From: Candidatus Faeciplasma sp.
GTDB taxonomy: Bacteria; Bacillota; Clostridia; Oscillospirales; Ruminococcaceae
NCBI GenBank assembly: GCA_045660445.1
Contig: JAZRDR010000006.1
Coordinates: 1,208-65,207 of the forward strand
Reading direction: 5' to 3'
Length of the DNA stretch: 64,000 nt
Below the pieces are notes generated by a model. It was not told the origin of the DNA, did not search any database, and was given only the letters and a program-made list of their open reading frames with translations. A program made the position numbers and the translations under genes. Shown here piece by piece: positions 26,779 to 38,922 of this stretch; position 1 is the first letter of the stretch, and the number at the start of each line of letters is the position of its first letter.

Positions 26779-27003
26779 GTTTCTCGCCCCTTTCATCTTA
26801 TTAATACACGAACCGTTCATTTTATTGCATCAATTTAAGAATAATTCTTAAAAATATTAAATCATATTTAATTTGTATTGTCAATCTATTTTAATCGCAA
26901 GATTACTAATTTCTAACTGATGTTAAAATGCAGGACAACATAGTAACAAAAAGAGCACATATATTTTCGCGATCTATATGCATCTTTTTAATCAAGGTAA
27001 AAT

Positions 27004-27047
27004 AAAAAAGCCAAATAGGCAGGACATCTGCTTATCTGGCTTTTGTT
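27004..27047 (-). terminator. terminator of the AraC gene
   Basis: AGCCAAATAGGCAG-gacat-CTGCTTATCTGGCT flanked by A and T runs. A second near-copy lies at 37272-37316. Confidence 0.6.
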
Positions 27048-27085
27048 TTAGGAAAGCGTTAAAAGAAAATTCAAGCTCTTATACA

Positions 27086-27871
27086 CTATCTGTTTTGCAT
27101 TTTATCCCTATATTCAGATGCGGTCATATCCATTCTTGACTTAAACTGTCTCATAAAATGAACATGGCATTTATACCCGCAGAGTAAGGATATCTGATTT
27201 ATCTGAAGATCTGTTGATGAAAGTAAATATTTAGCGTGCTCTATACGGCTGTTAATAACGTCATTCATTGCGCTAACACCAAATATTTCTTTATATAAAT
27301 GCTGGAAGTGAGATTTGCTCATAGCCAGCCTGTGAGCAAGCATAGCAATGTTCCAATCCTCATTCGGTTTATTATAGATCTGCGATCTTATTATAGCAAA
27401 ATTATCGTAATCCGAGCTTGGTTTTTGGTTTCTGCGGCCGTGGATCAATTCGCTCAGCTTAATGAACAGCAGTTTCATATAAAGCTCGACCGAGTCTGTT
27501 TTATAAGTGTTGATCGAATAGTGCTCATATGACATATTATTCACAAGCATTGACAATCCGTTAATATCTTCAACATTGATCACCTTGTCAAAAGGAATAT
27601 CTAAGGCTTCAAAGAATACCATTTCATTATCATCAATAGTGAAATGGATCCAGTCGTTGACAAATTGAGCTCCCAAGGCGCAGTATCTTTGTGGAGTTCC
27701 CTTTCTATATAAAATAACAGAATTGGGAGTGGTGTTTTGCTCGTAATCTTCAAAAATGAATCTTGCAGGAGTCTTCAAAATCAGAAGCATATAATCACCG
27801 GAACCGTAAGGACGGTCGATATTAAAATCGGCATCATGTCTGTGATTATAGCCTATATCGTTTATCTGCAT
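27086..27871 (-). CDS. AraC-family transcriptional regulator
   Basis: 261 aa. Cupin-like N-domain and C-terminal double HTH (LAHRLAMSKSHFQHLYKEIFGVS...ISLLCGYKCHVHFMRQFK). Confidence 0.9.
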   Translation of the reverse strand: MQINDIGYNHRHDADFNIDRPYGSGDYMLLILKTPARFIFEDYEQNTTPNSVILYRKGTPQRYCALGAQFVNDWIHFTIDDNEMVFFEALDIPFDKVINVEDINGLSMLVNNMSYEHYSINTYKTDSVELYMKLLFIKLSELIHGRRNQKPSSDYDNFAIIRSQIYNKPNEDWNIAMLAHRLAMSKSHFQHLYKEIFGVSAMNDVINSRIEHAKYLLSSTDLQINQISLLCGYKCHVHFMRQFKSRMDMTASEYRDKMQNR

Positions 27872-28111
27872 TTTTTAACACCTCCATAATTTGATTATAA
27901 TCAAAACACACAAAGCAAATCAATACCTAAGCAGAATATATAACTGAATTTGCAGAAAAAGTCAGCAATTCGGCTGCTATATCGTTTGTCGAAACAACGC
28001 CATAACACAATATGTTAGCTTTTTTGCTTAATATACAATTGACCTGTGAAAGCATTTAATGCTATCCTTTATTTATAGTAGAATCGCAAAGTATGCATCT
28101 TATTAGAGTGA

Positions 28112-29602
<1,491 letters not shown>

Positions 29603-29617
29603 CGGGAGAAAAACGAA

Positions 29618-31264
29618 ATGTTGAAAAGAATTATTTCTATTATGATTGCTATGATGTGTGCATTTACATTGTTCGGATGTGCGAACGAAGAAATTATTGA
29701 AGAGCAAGGCTTTATTCACGTTGAAGGAAGCAAAATTGTTGACGGAAACGGAAACGAGGTTTGGCTTAAGGGTATCGCCTGCGGCAACGGTGTTTGGGAC
29801 AATCCCACCGAGCCTGTTTGGACAAGCCAGGATGAATCATCATATGAAGACATGGCTGACATGGGCTTTAACTGTGTAAGATTCTATCTTAACTATCAGC
29901 TCTTTGAGGATGACAATAATCCCTATGTTTATAAGGACGCAGGCTTTGAATTGATCGATAAAAACCTTAAATGGGCTGAAAAGAACGGCATCAGCCTTAT
30001 CCTTAATATGCACGTTCCTCAGGGCGGCTATCAGTCTCAGGGCAACGGCGGAAACCTTTGGTCAGACGATGAAAACCAGTCAAGACTTGTTGCATTGTGG
30101 TCTGAAATCGCAAAGCGTTATGTTGACAACCCCTCCATAATCGGTTATGGCATATTGAACGAACCTATTGTTCCGGACGTTGGAAACGTGGAGGATTCGG
30201 TTGATCAGTGCAGAGATCTTATGCAAAGAATAACCGACGGCATCAGACAATATGATACAAACCACATAATCTTTGCAGAAAGAGTTTGTGCTGTTCAGGA
30301 TGCAAACGGACATTCGGATTGGAACATTGAGATAAGCAAGCTTCAGTTCCTTCTGGATGATAGTAACACCGCTTATGAATTCCACAGCTACGATCCTCAT
30401 AACTTCACTCATCAGGATATGGATTGGGCAAACACTGCGGGAAGCACAATGACTTATCCTTCTGAAGATCTGATCGTAACATCATATATAGATAACTGGG
30501 TTGATTGCTCCACCGCAAAGAAAGTTGAAGCTCTTGAAGACGGATGGGAACTTTGGGAGACCTCGTTTGTTTCCTTGACCGATAAATATAACGTCGGTGC
30601 CATCACCTTTAGAGCTGCAAATCTTGGAGAAGACGGAACTGCATACGTTGATGACATCGTTTTGGAAGAATATAAAGACGGAGAACTGACAAACGTTTTA
30701 AGAGAGATAGACTTCACTTTAAGTGCAGCATTAGATTTCTGGTCAAGCAACAACGGCGGTAAGGCCAGCAAAACTAAAAACGGCTATAAGGGCTATGGTT
30801 ATATGATTTCAGGAACCACCGGCGATGCCAACTCCGCAGGCTATAGATTCGAGCTTAAGGAAGGCTATGAATATAAGCTGACTGCAAAGATCAAGACTGA
30901 AAACGCAGCTTCGGGAGCAAAGGTTATGCCAAGAATCGACCTTTCTCTTGCTTCGGGACTTATGTTACTTAACAGTGAATATCTTGAATCTGTTCTTCTT
31001 CAGAATCTCCAGTTTGGAATAGATAACGAAGTTCCCATGTATTTGGGCGAAGTCGGTGCTGCTCGTACAGCTTTTGAATTCAACAGAGGCGGCGAACGTT
31101 GGGTTTCGGATATGCTTGATTTGTGTGAAAAGTATGGACTCCATTTCACATATCATGCTTATCACGAAGGATCTTTTGGCCTTTACGGTAACAACGCTTA
31201 TTCGCTCCCTGCTGAAAGAAATGAAGTGCTTGCAGAATTATTCAAGAGCAAGCTTAACGGTTAA
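29618..31264 (+). CDS. GH5 glycoside hydrolase lipoprotein with inserted beta-sandwich module
   Basis: Lipobox LFGC. GFNCVRFYL, ILNEP and YLGEVG are GH5 catalytic motifs. About 150 aa are inserted between them. Confidence 0.8.
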   Translation: MLKRIISIMIAMMCAFTLFGCANEEIIEEQGFIHVEGSKIVDGNGNEVWLKGIACGNGVWDNPTEPVWTSQDESSYEDMADMGFNCVRFYLNYQLFEDDNNPYVYKDAGFELIDKNLKWAEKNGISLILNMHVPQGGYQSQGNGGNLWSDDENQSRLVALWSEIAKRYVDNPSIIGYGILNEPIVPDVGNVEDSVDQCRDLMQRITDGIRQYDTNHIIFAERVCAVQDANGHSDWNIEISKLQFLLDDSNTAYEFHSYDPHNFTHQDMDWANTAGSTMTYPSEDLIVTSYIDNWVDCSTAKKVEALEDGWELWETSFVSLTDKYNVGAITFRAANLGEDGTAYVDDIVLEEYKDGELTNVLREIDFTLSAALDFWSSNNGGKASKTKNGYKGYGYMISGTTGDANSAGYRFELKEGYEYKLTAKIKTENAASGAKVMPRIDLSLASGLMLLNSEYLESVLLQNLQFGIDNEVPMYLGEVGAARTAFEFNRGGERWVSDMLDLCEKYGLHFTYHAYHEGSFGLYGNNAYSLPAERNEVLAELFKSKLNG

Positions 31265-31325
31265 AATCGTAAAACAAATATTTATTGCTATCTACACCTT
31301 TTCATACGTTACCTACGAAAATAAA

Positions 31326-31349
31326 AACAGCACCCGAAAGGATGCTGTT
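31326..31349. terminator. bidirectional terminator hairpin
   Basis: AACAGCACCC-gaaa-GGATGCTGTT between convergent genes. Confidence 0.65.
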
Positions 31350-31364
31350 TTTATTTTACTGCTT

Positions 31365-32846
31365 TTAAATCTCGGATATTATAATCCCCTTGCCTATACC
31401 ATAATGGTTTCCTGTTTTATCGTATACCACACGGTATCTTTTGCCCTTCAGGCTGATATTCTCGGCCCAAAAGTATTCCCACCAATCAGGAATTATAGGC
31501 GTTGCATCAAGCTCGCCCGATTCACTTATATCAATGCCTAAAAGGCCGGATAAAACCAGATCGCAAAACAGCGAGTGATTATAATCCTTCCCTCTCTCAT
31601 AACCGCCGAGATGCTTTTGCCAGCCCCAGCTTTGCAAAATATCCCTAGATATCCATCTTCCTGTAAAAGGATCCATATTTTCATCTATCCAGGGAATTCT
31701 CCTGCCGTTATCATCAATGCGATGCTGGCTTTTTGCATACTGCAAAAGGAGCTTATAATAATCATCTTTTGAAATAACGCTTTGATTTTGTTTCTTTAAG
31801 AGGTTTGCAACCGCAACAAGCGTTTGCGACGTGGCATATGGCCAAACAGGGCCGTTCCAAAGACATTCATGGTCGTGTTTTTCCATAAAGCGAGGGTGAC
31901 ATTGCTCTGCAGTTGTAAGTCCTGACGGTGCAAAGAAAGCATTAGTCTGCATCAAAGAGGTGAAGGCCGCTTCCCTGCCCTCGTTCGGCAGATCAAAATA
32001 CCACGGAATAAATCCGACAAGCTCTTTAACATCGTTTTGCTTATCAATCTTCGGGCGATGAGAAAAGTTTTCATCGCTCTTTTCATTCATGGGAATTGTT
32101 TTATAAAAATCTTCGTCCCACAAAAGTGTATCAATGCGCTCTTTAAGCTTGTTTGCTTTATCTTTATAGCGCTGTGAAAGCTCATCGTCCCCGGAAAGCT
32201 TTGCCAAACGGGATATCGCCACGGCATCGCCATATGCATAGGAATTGATCGTGGGGCGCAGTCCCGAACCGCTTATTGAATATTCCATACCGTCACGGTC
32301 ATCGATTGACCAATAAAGCCCGCTTTGATGCAAGTGAGTTTTCTCTCTTCTCTCGAAATAATCAACTAATGCAGGCAGCTTTTCAATTCCATATTCAAAA
32401 TCGTTGTGAAGTGTGCAATATTCCCAGACAGCGTGTGCATACCACGAGCTATATGAATCTGCATCGCCATCGCCGTTCAGCCAAAAGTCAATATATTCTT
32501 TAAGCCAGCCCTTTGAATCGTTTAGCCATCTTGCTTCTCTTATATGAAAACAAGCAGGACAGTTGATGGTATTGTACGGTCCGCTCCAGGGGACTTGTGG
32601 CAGAAATTCCGTTAAAACGTGGCCCTTTTCTGTCGATTTCCAGTGCTTTCTTAATACCCACCAGCGGAAATAATAAATTTCCTCGATTTCTGAGTCAGGA
32701 CAGTCTATCAACGGTATTTCGCTTATGAGATAATCAAACGCTTCATTATTTTGAATGAGATTTGAAAATGGCACTTCATCTTGGCTGTTGAACGAATCGA
32801 CATAGCCTGCGAGCTTATTTTGAAGCTTTGAAAACATATCGTTCAT
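31365..32846 (-). CDS. (alpha/alpha)6-barrel glycoside hydrolase, GH63/MGH1-like
   Basis: 493 aa with no signal peptide. By eye it resembles trehalase/mannosylglycerate-hydrolase-type six-hairpin enzymes. The family assignment is tentative. Confidence 0.6.
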   Translation of the reverse strand: MNDMFSKLQNKLAGYVDSFNSQDEVPFSNLIQNNEAFDYLISEIPLIDCPDSEIEEIYYFRWWVLRKHWKSTEKGHVLTEFLPQVPWSGPYNTINCPACFHIREARWLNDSKGWLKEYIDFWLNGDGDADSYSSWYAHAVWEYCTLHNDFEYGIEKLPALVDYFERREKTHLHQSGLYWSIDDRDGMEYSISGSGLRPTINSYAYGDAVAISRLAKLSGDDELSQRYKDKANKLKERIDTLLWDEDFYKTIPMNEKSDENFSHRPKIDKQNDVKELVGFIPWYFDLPNEGREAAFTSLMQTNAFFAPSGLTTAEQCHPRFMEKHDHECLWNGPVWPYATSQTLVAVANLLKKQNQSVISKDDYYKLLLQYAKSQHRIDDNGRRIPWIDENMDPFTGRWISRDILQSWGWQKHLGGYERGKDYNHSLFCDLVLSGLLGIDISESGELDATPIIPDWWEYFWAENISLKGKRYRVVYDKTGNHYGIGKGIIISEI

Positions 32847-33760
32847 TAAAATGCAAGCTCCTCGCCCTGCTGAATTGCAAGGCCAATCTGCTCGTGGCTT
32901 CCACGTCTTCCGTTATACCAAAGCCACCAAGCTCCGTTAAACTTTAAAGCAAAAGGCTTATAACAAGCTTCGCCGTCCCACTTTTCCCAATCGGGCGCAA
33001 TTATCGGATTTTGGTTTGAACGTTCCCAATCTGTGATACCGTTTTTCGATCTTGCCATTCCAATTTGAGCGTAATGCTCGTTGTGATAGCCAATATAGAA
33101 CATTCTGTACCAGCCGTCTTCGTAAATTATCTGACAGCCGCCAACCTTGTGCTGTTCCCATTCATTATTGGGATCAGCTGTGAATATCGGATATTCGCTA
33201 TACTTTTCCCAATGAACACCGTCTTTACTTACAGCATATCCAAAAGCGTTAGGCTCATATTGCTCTCCGCCCGAATACCACATCATAAAGGTCTTTTCCT
33301 CTTCGTTCCAAAGAACGCTTGGACACATAAGGGCGCACTTTTCCCATGCAAATTCCGGACTTAAAACAGGTTCTTTAGATACCCTTTCAAATGTAACGCC
33401 GTCTTTACTTACAGCATAGAAAATATGCGAAGAGCCATCCGCAGCACCCGGCTTGAACTGACCGGTATACCACATATGATATGTATCATTCAAATGAAGA
33501 ACATAAGGGCGGTTGATAGCATCTTCCCATCCCTGTGGGGTTTCTCTTGGCGTAAGGCATATTACCGGCTCACTCCAATGAATTCCGTCCGTGCTCGTTA
33601 CACGTGCGATACTGTCGCAATCTCTCCAAGAGAAATACATAATGATTTCGCCGTTTTCTTCAAGCATGGAAATATCAAAGCAGGTGCCATACTGCCCTCC
33701 CAAAAGAGGGGTGGGATACTTTTCCCAGCCGCTGTTTGTGCCTGTGCAGAACTTTTCCAT
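32846..33760 (-). CDS. five-bladed beta-propeller glycoside hydrolase/phosphorylase-like protein (GH43/GH130/DUF377 type)
   Basis: 304 aa. Repeated blades of the form S.DG..W... (TSTDGIHWSEP, VSKDGVTFERV, VSKDGVHWEKY, RSKNGITDWER). Confidence 0.6.
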   Translation of the reverse strand: MEKFCTGTNSGWEKYPTPLLGGQYGTCFDISMLEENGEIIMYFSWRDCDSIARVTSTDGIHWSEPVICLTPRETPQGWEDAINRPYVLHLNDTYHMWYTGQFKPGAADGSSHIFYAVSKDGVTFERVSKEPVLSPEFAWEKCALMCPSVLWNEEEKTFMMWYSGGEQYEPNAFGYAVSKDGVHWEKYSEYPIFTADPNNEWEQHKVGGCQIIYEDGWYRMFYIGYHNEHYAQIGMARSKNGITDWERSNQNPIIAPDWEKWDGEACYKPFALKFNGAWWLWYNGRRGSHEQIGLAIQQGEELAF

Positions 33761-33782
33761 AATATATCCCTCTCATTCTTTA

Positions 33783-34694
33783 TCAGTTGTTATTCCCGGC
33801 TATCTTTTCTATCAAGTCGTTAAGAAGCCCGTCACGATCGATGTGATACACATACACCATCGGAGTGGCATTATCATCAAGCTGATATTGATGGTCATAT
33901 GTGGGCAGATGTCGGGGAACGATTCTTGACTGCATGAAGCGATTATTGTCATTTAACAGCCACGCAACAGCGGTAACGTCCCAGATAACACGTGACCAAG
34001 CTCTGTTTCCGACGTAGCTTGACACCTCGTTGACGGTGTTAACGGCAAGATAGTCTGCAAGCTCGTTTTTGCCCTTAAACCAATGTTCAAGGTCGCTTCC
34101 CGAAATTCTGAAGGAATCGACAACGCCATTACAGGGAAGCTGAACAAATGCCGCTCCGCTGTTTACTACAACTCTTGCAGAGGCAATGTCCTGGAACATA
34201 TTGAATTCATATGTGTCGTGATAATGAAGAGCATGCCCTCCCAGCCAGACAACGACGATCCTTTCAGCGATTTCAGGCTTTAACAAAAGAGCGGATGCGA
34301 TATTAGTTATTGCACCTATCGCAACAACGTAAAGAGGAGCTTCGGGAGTGTATTCCATTGCCCTTTTGATAAGATCGTTTGCAGCATCAGAAATAACGGG
34401 AGTTGTTTCATCGGCAAGATAGCTTTCAGAGCCTTTGAAAACCTGTGTGTTTTCTTTTGCAAGCTCCAAGATCTTGAATATCTCGTTATAGCTTTTTTCC
34501 ATGCCGTCTTTTGGGCTTTCGGAATGCTGATTTAAAAACGGAGCAGCATAGATGGCCTTTACGTTCAGCTTTTCTTTAGAGCGAAGCATATAGGATATCG
34601 CGAACTGATCGTCGATCTCGTTATAAGCATCGGTATCCAAAACAACGTCGATCCTGCCTGACGGCACTTGAAGATTTTTAAGTAACATATTCAT
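33783..34694 (-). CDS. nucleoside hydrolase (IUNH family)
   Basis: 303 aa. N-terminal DTDAYNEIDDQFA matches the DxDxxxDD Ca-binding signature. Confidence 0.85.
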   Translation of the reverse strand: MNMLLKNLQVPSGRIDVVLDTDAYNEIDDQFAISYMLRSKEKLNVKAIYAAPFLNQHSESPKDGMEKSYNEIFKILELAKENTQVFKGSESYLADETTPVISDAANDLIKRAMEYTPEAPLYVVAIGAITNIASALLLKPEIAERIVVVWLGGHALHYHDTYEFNMFQDIASARVVVNSGAAFVQLPCNGVVDSFRISGSDLEHWFKGKNELADYLAVNTVNEVSSYVGNRAWSRVIWDVTAVAWLLNDNNRFMQSRIVPRHLPTYDHQYQLDDNATPMVYVYHIDRDGLLNDLIEKIAGNNN

Positions 34695-34844
34695 CCTCCT
34701 ATTTATTAAAATATTAAATTTTTCTATTTACAGTATACATTTATACCTGATATTTTTCAAGAGAAAAACATTTTTTTGTTGAAATAAACTAAACTTTATT
34801 GTATAATGATTTTGTAAATAATTTCTTGAAAGGAATGAATACAT

Positions 34845-36128
34845 ATGCGCAAGCTTATTGTTAAAGACAGATATCTAGCTTGGGAGGATGGCGAGCCTTT
34901 CTTCTATTTGGGTGACACCGCCTGGGAGATATTCCACCGCTTAAGCCGCGAGGAAGTTGAAAAGTATTTTGAATGTCGTTCACGCCAAGGCTTTAACGCC
35001 ATTCAAAGCGTTGCGCTGGCAGAATTCGAGGGGATAACAGTTCCAAATGCTCATGGCAGATTGCCGCTGCTTTCTACCGACGGTATACCCGACCCTGCGA
35101 AGCCTGATACCGACGGTGAGTATTCATATTGGGACCATGTGGACTTTGTTATCGATACTGCCGCAAAGTATAATATTCTTATCGTTTTGCTTCCCACATG
35201 GGGAGATAAAATAAACAAATGCTGGGGACAAGGCCCTGTTATTTTCAACGAGGAAAACGCTTATATCTATGGCAAGTGGATCGCTAAGCGTTATGCCCAG
35301 AAGGAAAACATCATTTGGATGCTTGGCGGCGACCGTCAGCTTGAGCCTAATCACCGCAGAATTATTGATGTAATGGCAAAGGGCATTAAGGAAGAGGACG
35401 AAAATCATCTTATAACCTTCCACCCCTCAGGCTGTAGCGACTCGACAAAATGGGTAAACGATGCCGATTATATCGACTTCCACACGGCACAGACAAGTCA
35501 CACAGCAGATCAAAACTATGATTCTGATCATATCATGCTTGAAATGGCAAAGGCAACCGACAAACCTTATATGAACTCGGAGCCGAGATATGAAGACCAT
35601 CCCGCTTGCTTCAACGATAAGATCGGATATTTCTGGAACGCAGCCGACGTTAGACAAAATGCTTATTGGGATACATTTAGCGGCACCTGCGGACACACAT
35701 ATGGCAACCACTGCATTTGGAGCATGACAAAAGAGCCTACAAGCTATTTCCCCTATAGATGGGACGAAGTCTTGGAGCACGAGGGTGCCACACAGATGGG
35801 ATATCTTAAAAAGCTAAGATTAAGCCACGATTACTTCTCCTTCCGCCATGCACCCGAACTTATTTGTGAAAACTTTTCGGGTATGGGCCACATGAATGCA
35901 GGACGCGGCGACGATTACGGATATATCTATTCCCCTCTTGGTGTGCCGTTTACAGTAAATCTTGATGCATTCAAGGGCTTTGGTTTCTTGCGTGCTTCGT
36001 GGTTTGACCCGCGCACCGGCGAAAGCGAGATATTTGCTATCTTACCGTCATACGGTAAGACGTTGCTTGCCCCTCCCTCTCAGGGCAAGGGCTGTGATTG
36101 GGTGCTGATTTTAGAAGCTATGAAATAA
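34845..36128 (+). CDS. DUF4038/GH140-like glycoside hydrolase
   Basis: 427 aa. PFFYLGDTAWEIFHRL is the characteristic DUF4038 start. TIM-barrel-like pattern. Confidence 0.7.
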   Translation: MRKLIVKDRYLAWEDGEPFFYLGDTAWEIFHRLSREEVEKYFECRSRQGFNAIQSVALAEFEGITVPNAHGRLPLLSTDGIPDPAKPDTDGEYSYWDHVDFVIDTAAKYNILIVLLPTWGDKINKCWGQGPVIFNEENAYIYGKWIAKRYAQKENIIWMLGGDRQLEPNHRRIIDVMAKGIKEEDENHLITFHPSGCSDSTKWVNDADYIDFHTAQTSHTADQNYDSDHIMLEMAKATDKPYMNSEPRYEDHPACFNDKIGYFWNAADVRQNAYWDTFSGTCGHTYGNHCIWSMTKEPTSYFPYRWDEVLEHEGATQMGYLKKLRLSHDYFSFRHAPELICENFSGMGHMNAGRGDDYGYIYSPLGVPFTVNLDAFKGFGFLRASWFDPRTGESEIFAILPSYGKTLLAPPSQGKGCDWVLILEAMK

Positions 36129-36224
36129 GCATTGATCGCTTTTGATTTTTCATATTGTACTTCAGCATTTTTGCAAAAAAGAAAAATCCCCCTCGGAAGC
36201 TTTTCAGTCCGAGGGGGTATTTAA

Positions 36225-37154
36225 TTATTCAACAGCATTTACTCCTTCGCATTTTGCGATGGTGTCGATAGAGCCGTCTTCATTATACTTAAACTCTGCA
36301 ACACAAACGCTGCGGTGGAACAAGCTTCCGCCGGGAAGCTCACCTGTGTGATAGAACAGATATGAATGTCCCTTAAAGTCAACAACACCGGGGTGATTTG
36401 TGAATGTTCCGCCTTCTTCGGTCATCAAAACTCCGCCATAAGTCCAAGGGCCTGTGGGAGATTCAGAGGTGGAATAAGCAAGATGCTCTTGATGTATCCC
36501 CTGAGCGAATGCGGCGTATACCATATAGTAAAGTCCGTTTCTTTTATAGAACCACGGTCCCTCAGCATAAGTTGTGCCGGTCATGTGTCCTCCCTTGCCG
36601 AAGGATTCCACGGTCATGGGAATCTTCTTGATTCCGACTGTTTCGTCATATGATACCATATCCTCGTTCAACAAAACGTATCTGAGCTCGGGGTTGCCGA
36701 AATAAAGATAAGCTTGATCGTCATCGTCGATAAACACAGTCGGGTCGATATCGTTCCAATCGCCCTCGTCGACAAGGGGATATCCAAGATCCTTAAAGGG
36801 ACCTGTGGGGCTATCGGATACGCCGACAGCGATCGCCATTCCGCCGTTTGTTTTGTGAACGGGGCAATAAAGATAGAACTTTCCGTTGCGCTCGATGCAC
36901 TGAGGAGCCCACGCTCTGTCAACTGCCCACTCGATGTCATTAAGTGAGAAAACCTCGCCGTGATCAGCCCAGTTTACCATGTCCTTTGTGGAATAACAGT
37001 GCCAATTGAACATAGTGTAAAAGCCGTTTATAAGTTCATCCTCATCGTGAGTGGTATAAAGATATAAAGTGTCGCCATAAACCATCGGTGCGGGGTCGGC
37101 TGTATAAATGTCTGTGATTATCGGGTTTTTGCAAAAGTCTTTTTTGTGTTCCAT
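36225..37154 (-). CDS. GH43 arabinofuranosidase/xylosidase
   Basis: 309 aa. NPIITDIYTADPAPMVY (catalytic Asp), with GH43 blades throughout. Confidence 0.9.
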   Translation of the reverse strand: MEHKKDFCKNPIITDIYTADPAPMVYGDTLYLYTTHDEDELINGFYTMFNWHCYSTKDMVNWADHGEVFSLNDIEWAVDRAWAPQCIERNGKFYLYCPVHKTNGGMAIAVGVSDSPTGPFKDLGYPLVDEGDWNDIDPTVFIDDDDQAYLYFGNPELRYVLLNEDMVSYDETVGIKKIPMTVESFGKGGHMTGTTYAEGPWFYKRNGLYYMVYAAFAQGIHQEHLAYSTSESPTGPWTYGGVLMTEEGGTFTNHPGVVDFKGHSYLFYHTGELPGGSLFHRSVCVAEFKYNEDGSIDTIAKCEGVNAVE

Positions 37155-37271
37155 AGTAACCCTCCTTAGGTGATTATAATTTAATTATAACAGAAAAGAC
37201 TATCAATTCAAGAGCACCAAGTCACTTTTTCTTGCGGTTTTCAAGATTAGATATTTTCGAACATTGTTATA

Positions 37272-37316
37272 AAAATCAAGCCAAATAGGCAGGTTGACTG
37301 CTTGTTTGGCTTTTTC
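37272..37316. repeat. orphan copy of the AraC-gene terminator hairpin
   Basis: AGCCAAATAGGCAG-gttga-CTGCTTGTTTGGCT. It sits in a divergent promoter region where no transcript needs terminating. Confidence 0.5.
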
Positions 37317-37551
37317 ATCAAATGGTTTTAAATATAGCGAGGCTTTAAGTTAAAAGCTCACATTCATTGGTTACTTCCACTCTTAATAAGGACATTTAGT
37401 ATAAAAAAAGACAGTGTGCGCATTATATACAATGTTCACGCTTTTCTTTAATTTCGTATCAACAGTATATACGAGTTTTCCTTAAGGATTTATTTAGAAT
37501 TGAGGAGAACGCATCAAGGCCGTGTTTTGCGGCAATATATAGGAGGATCTT

Positions 37552-38841
37552 ATGAAAAAACTTTTGGCACTTTTGATGGCACTTGCGCTTTGCCTATTTG
37601 CCGGCTGTGGCGATAATAACACCGACAACGGCGGCAACAATGACAGTGATGTTCAGGCTCTTGCCGATACTTATGATATCAAGGTTTGGGTTGCTGAGGC
37701 AGCCGTTGAGCTTACCAGGTCCCAGATCGCTAAGTTCAACGAAACCAACACTGACGGCATCGTTATCAATGCAACTATCGAAGCTGTTGGCGAGGGCGAC
37801 GCCGCAAATTCCATGACAACCGACATCGAAGCAGGCGCTGACCTTTACTGCTTTGCACAGGACCAGGCTGCAAGACTTATCCAATCACGAGCTTTGGCTA
37901 AGCTTGGCGTTGCTGCTGCTGAATCCGTTTCTGCTGCTAACGATGCAAGCGTTGTTGCTGCTGCAACCTCGGGCGAGGATCTTTATGCTTATCCTTTAAC
38001 TGCTGACAACGGCTATTTCATGTATTATGACAAGAGCGTTATTTCTGAAGATGCCGCTAAAAGCCTTGAGGACATCATCGCTGCTTGTGAAGATGCAGGC
38101 AAGCTCTTCTCCTTCGAGCTTGAAGGTTCTGCTTGGTATACTGCTTCCTTCTTCTTCGCAACAGGCTGTGTTTCTGAATGGGCCGTTGACAATGAAGGCA
38201 ACTTCACCGCTGTTAACGACACCTTCAATTCCGAAGCAGGCATCGCAGCTGCCAAGGGTATGCGCAAGCTCCTTTCTTCTGCTGCATACAACAACTCCAG
38301 CGCTTGCACCGACTTTGCCGCTGCAACTCCTTCTGCAGTAGTGATTTCAGGTATTTGGGACTATGTAACCGCGCAAGAGATCTTGAGCGACAACCTTGGT
38401 GTTGCAGAACTTCCTTCCTTCACTGTTGATGGCAACACATATCACCTTGGCTCCTTCAGTGGGTGCAAGTTGATGGGTGTAAAACCTCAGGCAGATGCTA
38501 AAAAAGCTGCTGCTATCCACAAGCTCGCTCAATACCTCACCAACGAAGAAGCTCAGACCGAAAGATTTGAAGCTCTTGCCTGGGGACCTGCTAACCTTAA
38601 AGCTCAGGAATCTGATGCTGTAAGGGCTAACCCTGCACTCGTTGCGCTTTTGGCTCAATCTGCTTATTCTGTACCTCAGGGTCAGATCCACGGCTCTTGG
38701 TGGGATATCGGTAAGGCCTTGGGCACCAACGTTAAGAATGCTGCCGATGATGCTGCAATTCAGGGTGCTTTGGACACCTATACCGCCGCTGTTAACGCTT
38801 TGATATCCACACCCAATAAAGCTGATATTTCGGCTGAGTAA
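37552..38841 (+). CDS. CUT1 sugar ABC transporter substrate-binding lipoprotein
   Basis: 429 aa. Lipobox LFAGC, MalE/GanS-like. Confidence 0.9.
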   Translation: MKKLLALLMALALCLFAGCGDNNTDNGGNNDSDVQALADTYDIKVWVAEAAVELTRSQIAKFNETNTDGIVINATIEAVGEGDAANSMTTDIEAGADLYCFAQDQAARLIQSRALAKLGVAAAESVSAANDASVVAAATSGEDLYAYPLTADNGYFMYYDKSVISEDAAKSLEDIIAACEDAGKLFSFELEGSAWYTASFFFATGCVSEWAVDNEGNFTAVNDTFNSEAGIAAAKGMRKLLSSAAYNNSSACTDFAAATPSAVVISGIWDYVTAQEILSDNLGVAELPSFTVDGNTYHLGSFSGCKLMGVKPQADAKKAAAIHKLAQYLTNEEAQTERFEALAWGPANLKAQESDAVRANPALVALLAQSAYSVPQGQIHGSWWDIGKALGTNVKNAADDAAIQGALDTYTAAVNALISTPNKADISAE

Positions 38842-38922
38842 TTTTCAGCTGAAGAAACCGTATAGTATCTAAGGGTCGGAGCCGATTTGACTCCGGCCCT
38901 TTTTACAAAAGAGGGATTAAAT

